This document shows, piece by piece, positions 9,301-17,151 of a stretch of DNA of 36,348 bases. Numbering within the stretch: position 1 is the stretch's first letter; each line of letters opens with the position of its first letter. The notes beneath the pieces were generated by a model, which ran no database searches, was not told the origin of the DNA, and saw only the letters and a program-made list of their open reading frames with translations. A program made the position numbers and the translations under genes. Origin of the DNA: an uncultured Bacilli bacterium (GTDB lineage: Bacteria; Bacillota_I; Bacilli_A; RF39; UBA660); assembly GCA_947628685.1 (NCBI GenBank), contig CANRAT010000003.1, positions 1 to 36,348 of the forward strand. The letters run 5' to 3'.

Positions 9301-10951
9301 TTTAGGTAAAGAACAAAATGTATTTGCTAAAGATTTATGGTTAGATAAAATACCAGATAAAATATATGTAGACGAATTAGAGCAAAAGTATAATTATACA
9401 AGTGAAAAATGTATTATTAATCCTGTAATAGGAGAGTATGACGATCCTAATACACAGTCTAAACATTTACTCACATTACCATTATCTATAGAAGGTAACA
9501 CTATAATATATGGAGCAGCAGGAATGGGTAAAGATGACTTGATCCAAACTGTTATATATTCAACTATAACAAAACATACTCCAGAAGAAGTAAACTTCTA
9601 TATATTAGATTTTGGCGCAGAAACACTTAAACTATTTGAAAACGCACCACATATAGGAGATGTATTACTTTCTCTTGAGGCAGAAAAAATAAATAATTTA
9701 ATTAAAATGTTAAAACAAGAAATAGATACACGTAAAAAATTATTTTCAGAATATGGAGGAAGTTATTCGTCTTATATTAAAAATAGTGGTAAAATTATAC
9801 CTAACATAATAGTAATAGTAAATTTATATGAAGCATTTGATGAAATGTATTCTGAACTTCAAGATGATTTTAATAGTTTAACAAGAGAAGGTCATAAATA
9901 CGGAATAACATTTATATTAACAACAAATGGAGTTAATTTTATTAGATATAAATTAAAACAAAACTTTAAACAAAATTTAGTACTACAACTTAATGATGAA
10001 AATGATTATTCCGATATATTAGGAAATACACATGGATTATTCCCATCAAAAATAAAAGGAAGAGGACTTGTTAAGTTTGATGAAATATATGAATTTCAAT
10101 CTGCTAGTTTTAAAACTGATGAAAGTAGTGCTGAATATATTAAAAATTTATGTATAGAACTTGATAAAAAGTATGAAGTTAAAGCAAAGAAAGTTCCAAT
10201 TTTACCTAATACAGTTAATTTAGATATAGTAAAAGATTATATAAAAGGGTTAGATAGTATACCTGTTGGAATAGAAAAAAATAGCCTAGAGGTATCTACA
10301 TTTAATCTTAGAGTAAAACCTGTTACTATTATATCTTCAACTGAGACAACTGCTTTTGAATCATTCGTTCCTGAATTTATTAAAGTTTGTTCTTTTAATC
10401 GAAATATATCTATTAACATAATAGATGCAGAAAAATTATTTGAAAATGAAAAATTTACTGCAAATTACTATAAAGATAATTTTGATGATATATTTAATAA
10501 ACTATATTCATATACAGAAAGATTAAATCAAGTATATGTCTCAAATAACTATAGTACTGATGCAATTAAAAACTTTCAAGATTTACTTATTGTAATAATA
10601 GGTTTAACACACTTTAAAAATAAATTATCATCTGAATTACAAGAAAAGTTAGAAAACTTTATGATTATGATTAAGGATTTAAGAAAGATTAGTATAGTTA
10701 TTGTAGATACAATAGATAATATTAAGAGTTTTGAATATGAAAATTGGTATAAAACAGTAGTAGCTAATAACCATGCGATTTGGATAGGTGATGGAATAGG
10801 GGACCAATATACGATTAAATTATCTAAAACTCCAAAATATATTAAAGATGAAATTGGAAATAAATTTGGATATTCAGTTAAGAAGGGTAATCCAATACTC
10901 ATAAAAGTACTTAGTGATTCACCACAAGAGGAGGTTGAAGGTGACGAATAA
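6317..10951 (+). CDS. essC: Type VII secretion ATPase EssC, paralog 1
   Basis: N-terminal FHA-like region (IYIGNG..., VFVNG...LNIGDVV), two TM helices, WER...DDFL.LRLG, HGPHGLIAGMTGSGKSE, IDYKGGG, DEFAELK, RIGRSLGVHLILATQKP. Second ATPase has GAAGMGKD; the third domain is degenerate. Confidence 0.95.
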   Translation: MRVSLIKNGKIYNTNLPLEINGSFWVEDKDKNNIKRNLINIEANNSKWVLKSNFETKIIYNGNNVEEVVLENYNFYELQVKGEQYNYILYTSPVYDDNSCEYEVSNNCQIYIGNGVNNTINYNNRYIQDKQCLIQSTNGIWSINNLNNNGVVFVNGIAVSKSNLNIGDVVFIMGLKIIICGNFIIMNNVKGIVNYNTQVLRKREPLNLPVEPQEEKEEDTSLKVYEKQEYFFRMPRFRTSVEEDTVEIDPPPEQEKPDEMPLAYTIGPMLTMGLTSMVSGITSINNVMEGTQTLKSSLPSLVTCGAMLLSMIFWPLLQKQYSKNQRKKKEKLRIKKYNEYIEERRGYIRGIVSRQRQSLIENNIPLSDCKQIILNRKRNLWERKIEHDDFLNLRLGIGNVEPFVKVKYPEEHFSLTQNNLREVLDKLGAETKIMTDVPVTVNLTKKYISAIVGKKEITKSFIDGLLLQLMTFYSYEDLKIVIMTSKENEYKWKFLKTSPYLSDDDKTIRFFSTDVDEANQISIYLDNYLQNRKYQDGDTSKLKTEDYKSYKLYFLIITDDYQSLRNIEIIKDVLSQKINLGFSMLIVQERLLGLPNECTTFINVEANDSIIFENELTSDKQQVFKADFIGDLNIESVSKVVSNIPIEMAKDRYSLPEKLGFLEMYNVGKIEQLNPLNRWKNNNPITSLSAPVGVDTNGELFKLDLHEKFHGPHGLIAGMTGSGKSEFIITYILSMAVNYHPDEVAFVLIDYKGGGLAGAFENKETGVKIPHLAGTITNLDVNDMKRSLASIESELKRRQKIFNDARQKLNESTIDIYKYQKLRREGKVEEPIPHLFIISDEFAELKTQQPEFMEKLISTARIGRSLGVHLILATQKPSGVVDDQIWSNTKFRVCLKVQDKQDSVDMIKCPDAASLHNVGRFYLQVGYNEFFALGQSAYAGVPYQKTDKIKRKIDTNISFINNVGYIIKNVDKEEVNINAKANGEELSNIVNYLYNLGKEQNVFAKDLWLDKIPDKIYVDELEQKYNYTSEKCIINPVIGEYDDPNTQSKHLLTLPLSIEGNTIIYGAAGMGKDDLIQTVIYSTITKHTPEEVNFYILDFGAETLKLFENAPHIGDVLLSLEAEKINNLIKMLKQEIDTRKKLFSEYGGSYSSYIKNSGKIIPNIIVIVNLYEAFDEMYSELQDDFNSLTREGHKYGITFILTTNGVNFIRYKLKQNFKQNLVLQLNDENDYSDILGNTHGLFPSKIKGRGLVKFDEIYEFQSASFKTDESSAEYIKNLCIELDKKYEVKAKKVPILPNTVNLDIVKDYIKGLDSIPVGIEKNSLEVSTFNLRVKPVTIISSTETTAFESFVPEFIKVCSFNRNISINIIDAEKLFENEKFTANYYKDNFDDIFNKLYSYTERLNQVYVSNNYSTDAIKNFQDLLIVIIGLTHFKNKLSSELQEKLENFMIMIKDLRKISIVIVDTIDNIKSFEYENWYKTVVANNHAIWIGDGIGDQYTIKLSKTPKYIKDEIGNKFGYSVKKGNPILIKVLSDSPQEEVEGDE

Positions 10952-11192
10952 AATATTAGTTATTGTTGTTGTTCCTATGATAGAAGAGGAATATAATATA
11001 TATATTCCGGTTTCTAAAAGTATAAATGTTACAATAGAATTACTTGTAAAAACAATTAATGAACTATCAGAAGGACATTATCAAATAAAAAATAATGCTA
11101 AATTAATTTCAAGTAATGGTGAGGTATTTCCAAGAAATTATACTGTAAAAGCAAGTGGAATTAAAAATGGAGATAAAATAATTCTAATATAA
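10941..11192 (+). CDS. esaB: EsaB/YukD-like ubiquitin-fold T7SS protein
   Basis: About 83 aa with a beta-grasp pattern ending SGIKNGDKIILI; GTG start overlapping the end of essC; homologous to 17551-17805. Confidence 0.75.
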   Translation: MTNKILVIVVVPMIEEEYNIYIPVSKSINVTIELLVKTINELSEGHYQIKNNAKLISSNGEVFPRNYTVKASGIKNGDKIILI

Positions 11193-11213
11193 AAGAGCAA
11201 AAGCTCTTTTTTT
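11191..11213 (+). terminator. Intrinsic terminator
   Basis: AAAAGAGC-AAAA-GCTCTTTT followed by a T run. Confidence 0.75.
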
Positions 11214-11311
11214 CTTTAATCTATTCTAGGTTATAGATAATTAAATTATGACATTTAAATGTACAATTAAATTATACAATATATAGGGTATTGTTTAGAG
11301 GGAGGTAAGTT

Positions 11312-11584
11312 ATGGCACAAATAAGTATTGAACCAAGTAAAGCGATTCAATATGGAGAACAAATAATTCAAAACGCATCTACATACAATAATGAAATTAA
11401 AAGAATTTATAGTATAGTAGGTGACTTAAGAACAAGTTGGACAGGAACAGCTGCTCAAAAATTTACAGATAATATTGAATCATTTAAAGCGGATTATGAA
11501 AAATTTGGACAATTGATAAATCAATTTGGTGAATTATTAGTTGCTATTGGTAAAGATTATCAAAAATTAGAGGAAAATTTATAG
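11312..11584 (+). CDS. WXG100 family T7SS substrate (EsxA-like)
   Basis: 90 aa; MAQISIEP start, central W-T-G, C-terminal YQKLE (YxxxE); GGGAGG RBS. Confidence 0.92.
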   Translation: MAQISIEPSKAIQYGEQIIQNASTYNNEIKRIYSIVGDLRTSWTGTAAQKFTDNIESFKADYEKFGQLINQFGELLVAIGKDYQKLEENL

Positions 11585-11601
11585 TAAGGGAGGAATAATA
11601 A

Positions 11602-11892
11602 ATGGCAATGACATTCTCATCACAAGGATGTAGACAAGCTGCGGCTGATTTAAATAAATCAGCAAGTACACTAGATATTATATTAAATAGTGAACTTACA
11701 GGAATAATAAGTAAAGTAAAAGATGCATATAACAGTGAAACGGCAGAAGAATTGTATGCAGCATTTGATAGGATGAAATCAAGATTTCCTGATTTTATAT
11801 CTTCAGTAACAGATTGCTCAAAGTATTTAACAGATACAGTTGCGCCTGCATATGAAAAACTTGAATCAACTGCTTCAAGTAAAATAGGATAA
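11602..11892 (+). CDS. WXG100-like partner protein (degenerate WXG)
   Basis: 96-aa helical hairpin with YNS at the WXG position and C-terminal YEKLE (YxxxE); GGGAGG RBS; 17 bp behind the WXG100 gene. Confidence 0.75.
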   Translation: MAMTFSSQGCRQAAADLNKSASTLDIILNSELTGIISKVKDAYNSETAEELYAAFDRMKSRFPDFISSVTDCSKYLTDTVAPAYEKLESTASSKIG

Positions 11893-11900
11893 ATATAAAC

Positions 11901-11961
11901 TGTCTTAAGAAATTAAGACATTTATAAATAAGAGTTAATAATATTAACTTTTATTTATAAA
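11901..11961 (+). terminator. Double hairpin between the WXG100 genes and the effector genes
   Basis: TGTCTTAA-GAAA-TTAAGACA (11901-11920), then a near-perfect palindrome with 20-bp arms (11921-11961). Confidence 0.55.
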
Positions 11962-11975
11962 TAGAGGTGAATACT

Positions 11976-12344
11976 ATGTTAAGCAATAAAAATAAAATAG
12001 ATGAATTAACAAAAATGAAAAATGATTACAAAAAAAAATTAGATAGTTATAACAAATCACTAAATTATGCGAATAAATTATTAAGCATATTAAAAAGCAG
12101 TAATCAACAATTATTAAATACAAATGATGGATTACATGCATATTTTAACATAAATGGGAAAACACTAGACGGTGGAAAAGTAAAAGAGTTAAAAGATAGA
12201 GTGACAAATATAATAAATAAAATGGAAAATACAATAATACCAGGTATAAAAAGCAACATAGATACATTAAATAAAAAAATAAAAGATACAGAAAAGCAAA
12301 TAACTGATTTAAAAAGAGGAAATAGAAATATAGAGGTAAATTAG
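11976..12344 (+). CDS. Small helical T7SS effector helper (DUF5082/Lap-like by size and position)
   Basis: About 122 aa, coiled coil-turn (NGKTLDG)-coiled coil, directly upstream of the toxin; GAGGTG RBS. The family name is an inference. Confidence 0.55.
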   Translation: MLSNKNKIDELTKMKNDYKKKLDSYNKSLNYANKLLSILKSSNQQLLNTNDGLHAYFNINGKTLDGGKVKELKDRVTNIINKMENTIIPGIKSNIDTLNKKIKDTEKQITDLKRGNRNIEVN

Positions 12345-12355
12345 TAGGAGGAAAT

Positions 12356-15300
12356 ATGGCTGAGCTAGTACTAAATGTAAGTAAAGTAAATTCATATGTA
12401 ATACCAAACATAAGAAAAATAGAAGAATTAATGCAAGAAGCATATAGTACTAGTAATACATTAAAGAGTGCTTTACCAAGTACATTTAATTATAGAAGTA
12501 ATGTAAGTGATATAGTAAGTGAAATATATGATATAAAAAAAGAAGTAAGTAAAGTAAATACTTTAATAAATGAAAAAATAACTCAGGCAGAAAGAATAGA
12601 GAATACTGGTGATAATAAGATATCAGGTATAACATCATTAATACACGAATTAAATGCAGAATCATATGTAAAAAATAATAAATCTTTTGAAAACAGACTT
12701 AATAGTAGAACAACATTTAACATGATGGAAGATAAAATCCCAATTTATAAATCTACGGTAACTATAAATCAAACAAAAGCAAGTGAACAAATACAAACAG
12801 ATTCAGAGAATGTTATTGAACAAAAAGAAAATAGTGTTGAAGTAAGTGAAGTAGAGGAACAATCTACATTAGATTGGGTTGGAGAAAAGATAGATGGGGC
12901 AATAGATTTTGCAGGAGAAATATTAGAAGCTACAGGCTCTTTTATATGTGATTTAGGAAGTACAATATGGGATGGAGTAACTTCAGTATTTGATTGGGTT
13001 ACAGACGGTGATAATTGGAAAGAATTATTAGAATCATTAGGAGCGTCTATAGCGAATGCAGTAATATCTTTTTCAAAAGGAGTAGTAGATTTAGTAGAAG
13101 CTATAGGAGATACTTGTGTAATAATAGGTACAGGTGTTGCAACAGTAGGAACGGCATTATATGATGTAGGATATGGAATAGCAACAGGAGATTGGGATTT
13201 TAATGCAACAAAAGGATTATGGGAAGGTGCAAAAACGGTAGTATCATATGATTGGAGTAATAAAATATATGATTCGTTGTATGATACAAAAGCAGGTAAA
13301 TGGCTTGATGAACATGCTTATGCACCATTTAAATCAGATGGAATAGCATGTCAAGTAATTGAGGGTGTAGGTTATGTTGCGGGTGTTGTTACTCTTTCAG
13401 TAGTTACTTTTGGAGCTGCAGGAGTTACATTTGGAGCGACATCTACAGTAGGAGGACTTTCGGTAAACGCTGGAGCAGTAGGAGTAACTGCCTTTGCTAC
13501 AGGATTATCAAAACATACTTCCGAAGAATGGAATAAAAACAGTATATCATTAAATTATGGTGGACAAGATATAGAAATACCAATTGATTATGAAAAATAT
13601 TTAGAAATAGAAAATCTAAAAGAAAATGAAACTACTACAGTTACTCAACAATATCAAGCAGATGATGGAAGTGTGCAAGAAATAATGTTTACAATTACTT
13701 CTAAAGGTAACAAAGAGTATGATATAATAGATAATATAGGTAATGTTGCAAGTTTAAATAGTTTAAATGAATCTAGTACCACTAAAGGACTTTTGAAAGG
13801 CGTAGGTGGGGGAATAGCAGATGGATTTAAATATTATACAGCTATTTCTACTCTTGGTAATTTTCAGTCACTAGCAGGAATGATTAAGCATTTAGGATCT
13901 GGGAATTATGGAAAAGGTGTAGTATCATTATTTAAAAATTTTGGATTCAAACAAGCCTTTAAACCATTAGTTAAAAATGCAGCTAAAGCTACATTTAAGG
14001 ATATAGGATTTTATATAGATTCAGGTACATTTATATCAGGTGAGATAAAATCTGGAATTCAAACAGGAGAATGGAATTTAAAAAATATTGGTGCTGGAAT
14101 ATTTAGTGCATATACAAATAACTTTTTAGGAAATTTAGGTGGTGAATATTTCGGTAGTGGGTTAGGCTCTGCAATGAATAATATTGAAAAATCAAGAGTT
14201 GAGTTAGATACTAGTCCATATTCTTTTAATGAAAATGATCTAAATTATAAGCATTCAAATGTGGTTAAAGCTGCATCTAACAGAGTTGAATCTAATATAA
14301 ATAGGTATAGATATACAGATACTAATTTAGTTGATGGATTAAATGATAGTATAAAAGAGAATGGACTTTATCATTTCTCTTCAAATGTGGATGATATTAT
14401 AGATAGTGGCTATGTTAGATCTAGTGGTTATTTTAGTTCTTATGGTGAAAGAAAAAGTTTCTTTTTCAATGGCGTTCCTGAAGTTGGAGCATATGCTTCT
14501 AATTTAGATGGTATACCTCTTAAAACAGAAGCAGTTAAAATTTTTCCAAGCGATGACATAATTAATAGTTCAAAATTAAAAGTTAGAAATTATGATGATT
14601 TTGCTGTTACATATAGTGGCGATTTAAGATTCGATTCAAATAATGCAGCAAAGCAGTACTTCGTTTTGCGTAAGGTTGATGATAAATTGGTTTATGCTAA
14701 TGTTAACAAAGCATTCTATGATAATTATCAAAATACTGCAGAAGGTTTGGCTGTAGCTGAATTTATAAGTAAAAAGAAAAACGTTGATTTAATCAAACAA
14801 GATTATTATTATAATTTGTCAATGAAGAGTACTAATGCACAAATAACTTATTCCAAAGTTAAAAATAGTATAATAGAATCTGATAAAGGCAGTATAGATA
14901 TACCATCAAGTATTAATCATACTATAAATTTAAATGATATCAAAGATTATAAAAAATTTAGTGATTCAACTGAACTAATAAAGAAAAAACTTTGTTCAGT
15001 ATATGAACTTGATTATGATAGCAATGTAGCAGACAGAATGATGGTTAATGGAATTATGGAAATAATTGATGATAATAAATTTACAGATGAAAATGTTAAA
15101 TATATATTTGAGCATCTTGATAAATTAAAAGAGCATAATAAGTATTTGAGTTTTGCTACATATGATGGTACTTCAAGATATTTTGGTGGAGTTGACCAAT
15201 TGCAGATGGGTTTATCTGATTTAGATTCTAGTTGTAGAATGGTATTATCACATGAATTAGGACATACATCATACCAATGTGTGTTACCAGGAAAGACTAA

Positions 15301-15988
15301 ATTTGAAGGACCAGACCTTTCTTTAGAAAGTATTAATGCCTTAGAAATAGCAAGACAAAATTTAAGAAATAATGATTTGACTGTAAAAAAGCTTCTAGAT
15401 GATTCTTTGCAAATAGATAAACAAAACTTTAAAAAGACAGTTGATTGGTATGAGGGATTAAGGGAAAATGAAACTGCAAAAATGTCTAGCATTGTAGATT
15501 CTTTGTATTCAAGTGATTCAATTGAAAATTTAAAAGAACTTGCTGAGTCTGCAAGTAAAATGAATGCAGTAAAAGAAATACTAAGCGAAGCTGGAATGTC
15601 TGATATTTCTATAGAAGATTTAATTTCAAACAAAGAACTTGTAAAACAAATTGCAATTTCACAGAATAATATTAATAACCAATTAGCTCATTACAATAAA
15701 TTAAATTCAGATTATGATTTAGAGGGGGATTGGAGAAAATTATCTTCAATGATTGATAGTATTTCTCTATCTGAGTATCGAGGTTCATTTGGTCATAGTA
15801 AAGAATATTGGACTATGCGTTCTGATAGCAATAAACTTTCATATGATGAATTATTAGCCGATTATATATCAGTATCAGCTAACGGTAGAACAGACTTACT
15901 CGATAAATTACAAAGCCTTTGTGGTAATGAAATCTTTGATGATTTAAAAAAGAAGGTAAAAGAAATGGCAGACAAAATGGGAGGTTAA
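12356..15988 (+). CDS. T7SS polymorphic toxin: helical N-terminus, Gly-rich hydrophobic region, ART-like domain and C-terminal HExxH metallopeptidase
   Basis: 1210 aa in T7SS context; GLYHFS..DDIIDSGYVRSS near 14360; HELGH at 15251-15265; FGHSKEYW and DELLAD near the C-terminus; followed at 2 bp by a small gene. Confidence 0.7.
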   Translation: MAELVLNVSKVNSYVIPNIRKIEELMQEAYSTSNTLKSALPSTFNYRSNVSDIVSEIYDIKKEVSKVNTLINEKITQAERIENTGDNKISGITSLIHELNAESYVKNNKSFENRLNSRTTFNMMEDKIPIYKSTVTINQTKASEQIQTDSENVIEQKENSVEVSEVEEQSTLDWVGEKIDGAIDFAGEILEATGSFICDLGSTIWDGVTSVFDWVTDGDNWKELLESLGASIANAVISFSKGVVDLVEAIGDTCVIIGTGVATVGTALYDVGYGIATGDWDFNATKGLWEGAKTVVSYDWSNKIYDSLYDTKAGKWLDEHAYAPFKSDGIACQVIEGVGYVAGVVTLSVVTFGAAGVTFGATSTVGGLSVNAGAVGVTAFATGLSKHTSEEWNKNSISLNYGGQDIEIPIDYEKYLEIENLKENETTTVTQQYQADDGSVQEIMFTITSKGNKEYDIIDNIGNVASLNSLNESSTTKGLLKGVGGGIADGFKYYTAISTLGNFQSLAGMIKHLGSGNYGKGVVSLFKNFGFKQAFKPLVKNAAKATFKDIGFYIDSGTFISGEIKSGIQTGEWNLKNIGAGIFSAYTNNFLGNLGGEYFGSGLGSAMNNIEKSRVELDTSPYSFNENDLNYKHSNVVKAASNRVESNINRYRYTDTNLVDGLNDSIKENGLYHFSSNVDDIIDSGYVRSSGYFSSYGERKSFFFNGVPEVGAYASNLDGIPLKTEAVKIFPSDDIINSSKLKVRNYDDFAVTYSGDLRFDSNNAAKQYFVLRKVDDKLVYANVNKAFYDNYQNTAEGLAVAEFISKKKNVDLIKQDYYYNLSMKSTNAQITYSKVKNSIIESDKGSIDIPSSINHTINLNDIKDYKKFSDSTELIKKKLCSVYELDYDSNVADRMMVNGIMEIIDDNKFTDENVKYIFEHLDKLKEHNKYLSFATYDGTSRYFGGVDQLQMGLSDLDSSCRMVLSHELGHTSYQCVLPGKTKFEGPDLSLESINALEIARQNLRNNDLTVKKLLDDSLQIDKQNFKKTVDWYEGLRENETAKMSSIVDSLYSSDSIENLKELAESASKMNAVKEILSEAGMSDISIEDLISNKELVKQIAISQNNINNQLAHYNKLNSDYDLEGDWRKLSSMIDSISLSEYRGSFGHSKEYWTMRSDSNKLSYDELLADYISVSANGRTDLLDKLQSLCGNEIFDDLKKKVKEMADKMGG

Positions 15989-15990
15989 AG

Positions 15991-16209
15991 ATGAATGAAA
16001 ATCAAAAATATATTGCTTATTGTTTATTACAAAATGAATATTTAAAAAGACAAGGTATATTACAAAATGAAAGTTTAGAGAATATAACACATTTTTTCCC
16101 AGAAGATTGGTTTTTATATAAATTGGATGCAAGGATTAATTTTATTAAAAAAGCATTGAAAGAAAACAAAAAATTGGAAGATATCTTAATTGGAGCTAAA
16201 CATTATTAA
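15991..16209 (+). CDS. Candidate immunity protein
   Basis: 72 aa, 2 bp after the toxin stop, with its GGAGG RBS inside the toxin end. Function inferred from position only. Confidence 0.55.
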   Translation: MNENQKYIAYCLLQNEYLKRQGILQNESLENITHFFPEDWFLYKLDARINFIKKALKENKKLEDILIGAKHY

Positions 16210-16242
16210 ATTTTGAATAACACTAGAAGGAGGAAAGAAAAA

Positions 16243-16563
16243 ATGAATAATGCGCATGAAAAATATTTACCAATAGGAACAGTTGTAATGTTAAAGGGTG
16301 GAAGCAAAAGATTAATGATAACAGGCTTTTGCTCTATGCCAACTGATGATAAAAATAAAATGTTTGATTATTCGGGATGTATGTATCCTGAGGGTGTACT
16401 ATCTAGCGATCAAACAGCATTATTTAACCATGATCAAATAGATAAAATCTATTATATGGGATATGTTGATGATGAAGAGAAAAAATTTAAGTCAACATTA
16501 AATGCATTAATAAGTCAAATGAATAAAAAAACTTCTAATTCACAAGACAGTAACGAAAATTAA
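16243..16563 (+). CDS. DUF4176 family T7SS-associated protein
   Basis: YLPIGTVVMLKGG.KRLMITG...DYSGC.YPEG...LFNH.QI..I...GY.DDEE; AGGAGG RBS. Confidence 0.92.
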   Translation: MNNAHEKYLPIGTVVMLKGGSKRLMITGFCSMPTDDKNKMFDYSGCMYPEGVLSSDQTALFNHDQIDKIYYMGYVDDEEKKFKSTLNALISQMNKKTSNSQDSNEN

Positions 16564-16586
16564 AAAAGAGATCAATTATCTCTTTT
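16564..16586. terminator. Probable bidirectional terminator
   Basis: AAAAGAGAT-CAATT-ATCTCTTTT between the convergent DUF4176 and XRE genes. Confidence 0.65.
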
Positions 16587-16808
16587 AATTTTGCTTCTTT
16601 TATAAGTTATTTTCTTTTCATTAGTAAGCCCTAATATATAATCAACACTTGTATCATAAAATATTGCAAGTTTAATAAGTATGTTTGTTGGGATATCATT
16701 TGTTTCAGTTTCATATTTAGAATAACCTGTTTGAGACATATTAAGCTCATTTGCTATATCTTTTTGTAATAAATCATTATCCTCTCTTAAATCTCTTAGT
16801 CTATTCAT
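16572..16808 (-). CDS. XRE-family HTH transcriptional regulator
   Basis: MNRLRDLREDNDLLQKDIA..L.MSQTGYSKYE...DIP...LIKLA.FY..SVDYILGLT; GGTGAG RBS on the minus strand. Confidence 0.93.
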   Translation of the reverse strand: MNRLRDLREDNDLLQKDIANELNMSQTGYSKYETETNDIPTNILIKLAIFYDTSVDYILGLTNEKKITYKRSKIKRDN

Positions 16809-16837
16809 CTAACTCACCAATGCTATCTTACTAAAAA

Positions 16838-16876
16838 ATATTCCAATTTAGACTATTATAATCTAAATTGGAATAT
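16838..16876. promoter_or_regulatory. Perfect 15-bp inverted repeat upstream of xre (operator or hairpin)
   Basis: ATATTCCAATTTAGA-ctattataa-TCTAAATTGGAATAT. Confidence 0.65.
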
Positions 16877-16985
16877 ATATGTCCTTTTGCAGCACATTTT
16901 TTCTGAAATTTAAAAAATTTAAAAATTTTTATTGACATAAGTATAAATGCTTGCTGTTATATATATGTTTATTTGAGGTGGTACT

Positions 16986-17150
16986 ATGGATATAGATGAA
17001 ATGCTAAAAAAGAATTGGTAATGGATTCATATACTAAAGACAAAAAATTATTTTAGAAATGTTTATTTAAGTGATGTAAGTAAATCTGGAAAATATCTTT
17101 CTTTTTCCAAATCTTTTGTTCAATCTGAAAGAAGTCATGAATACTGCAGT
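16986..17150 (+). pseudogene. Frameshifted 5' fragment of the SWIM-SNF2 helicase gene
   Basis: Clearly homologous to 29983-~30149 and preceded by the same promoter/RBS region. A 1-nt loss in an A-run gives TAA at 17019-17021; the fragment ends at the fusion to the ffh copy. Confidence 0.92.
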
Positions 17151-17151
17151 C

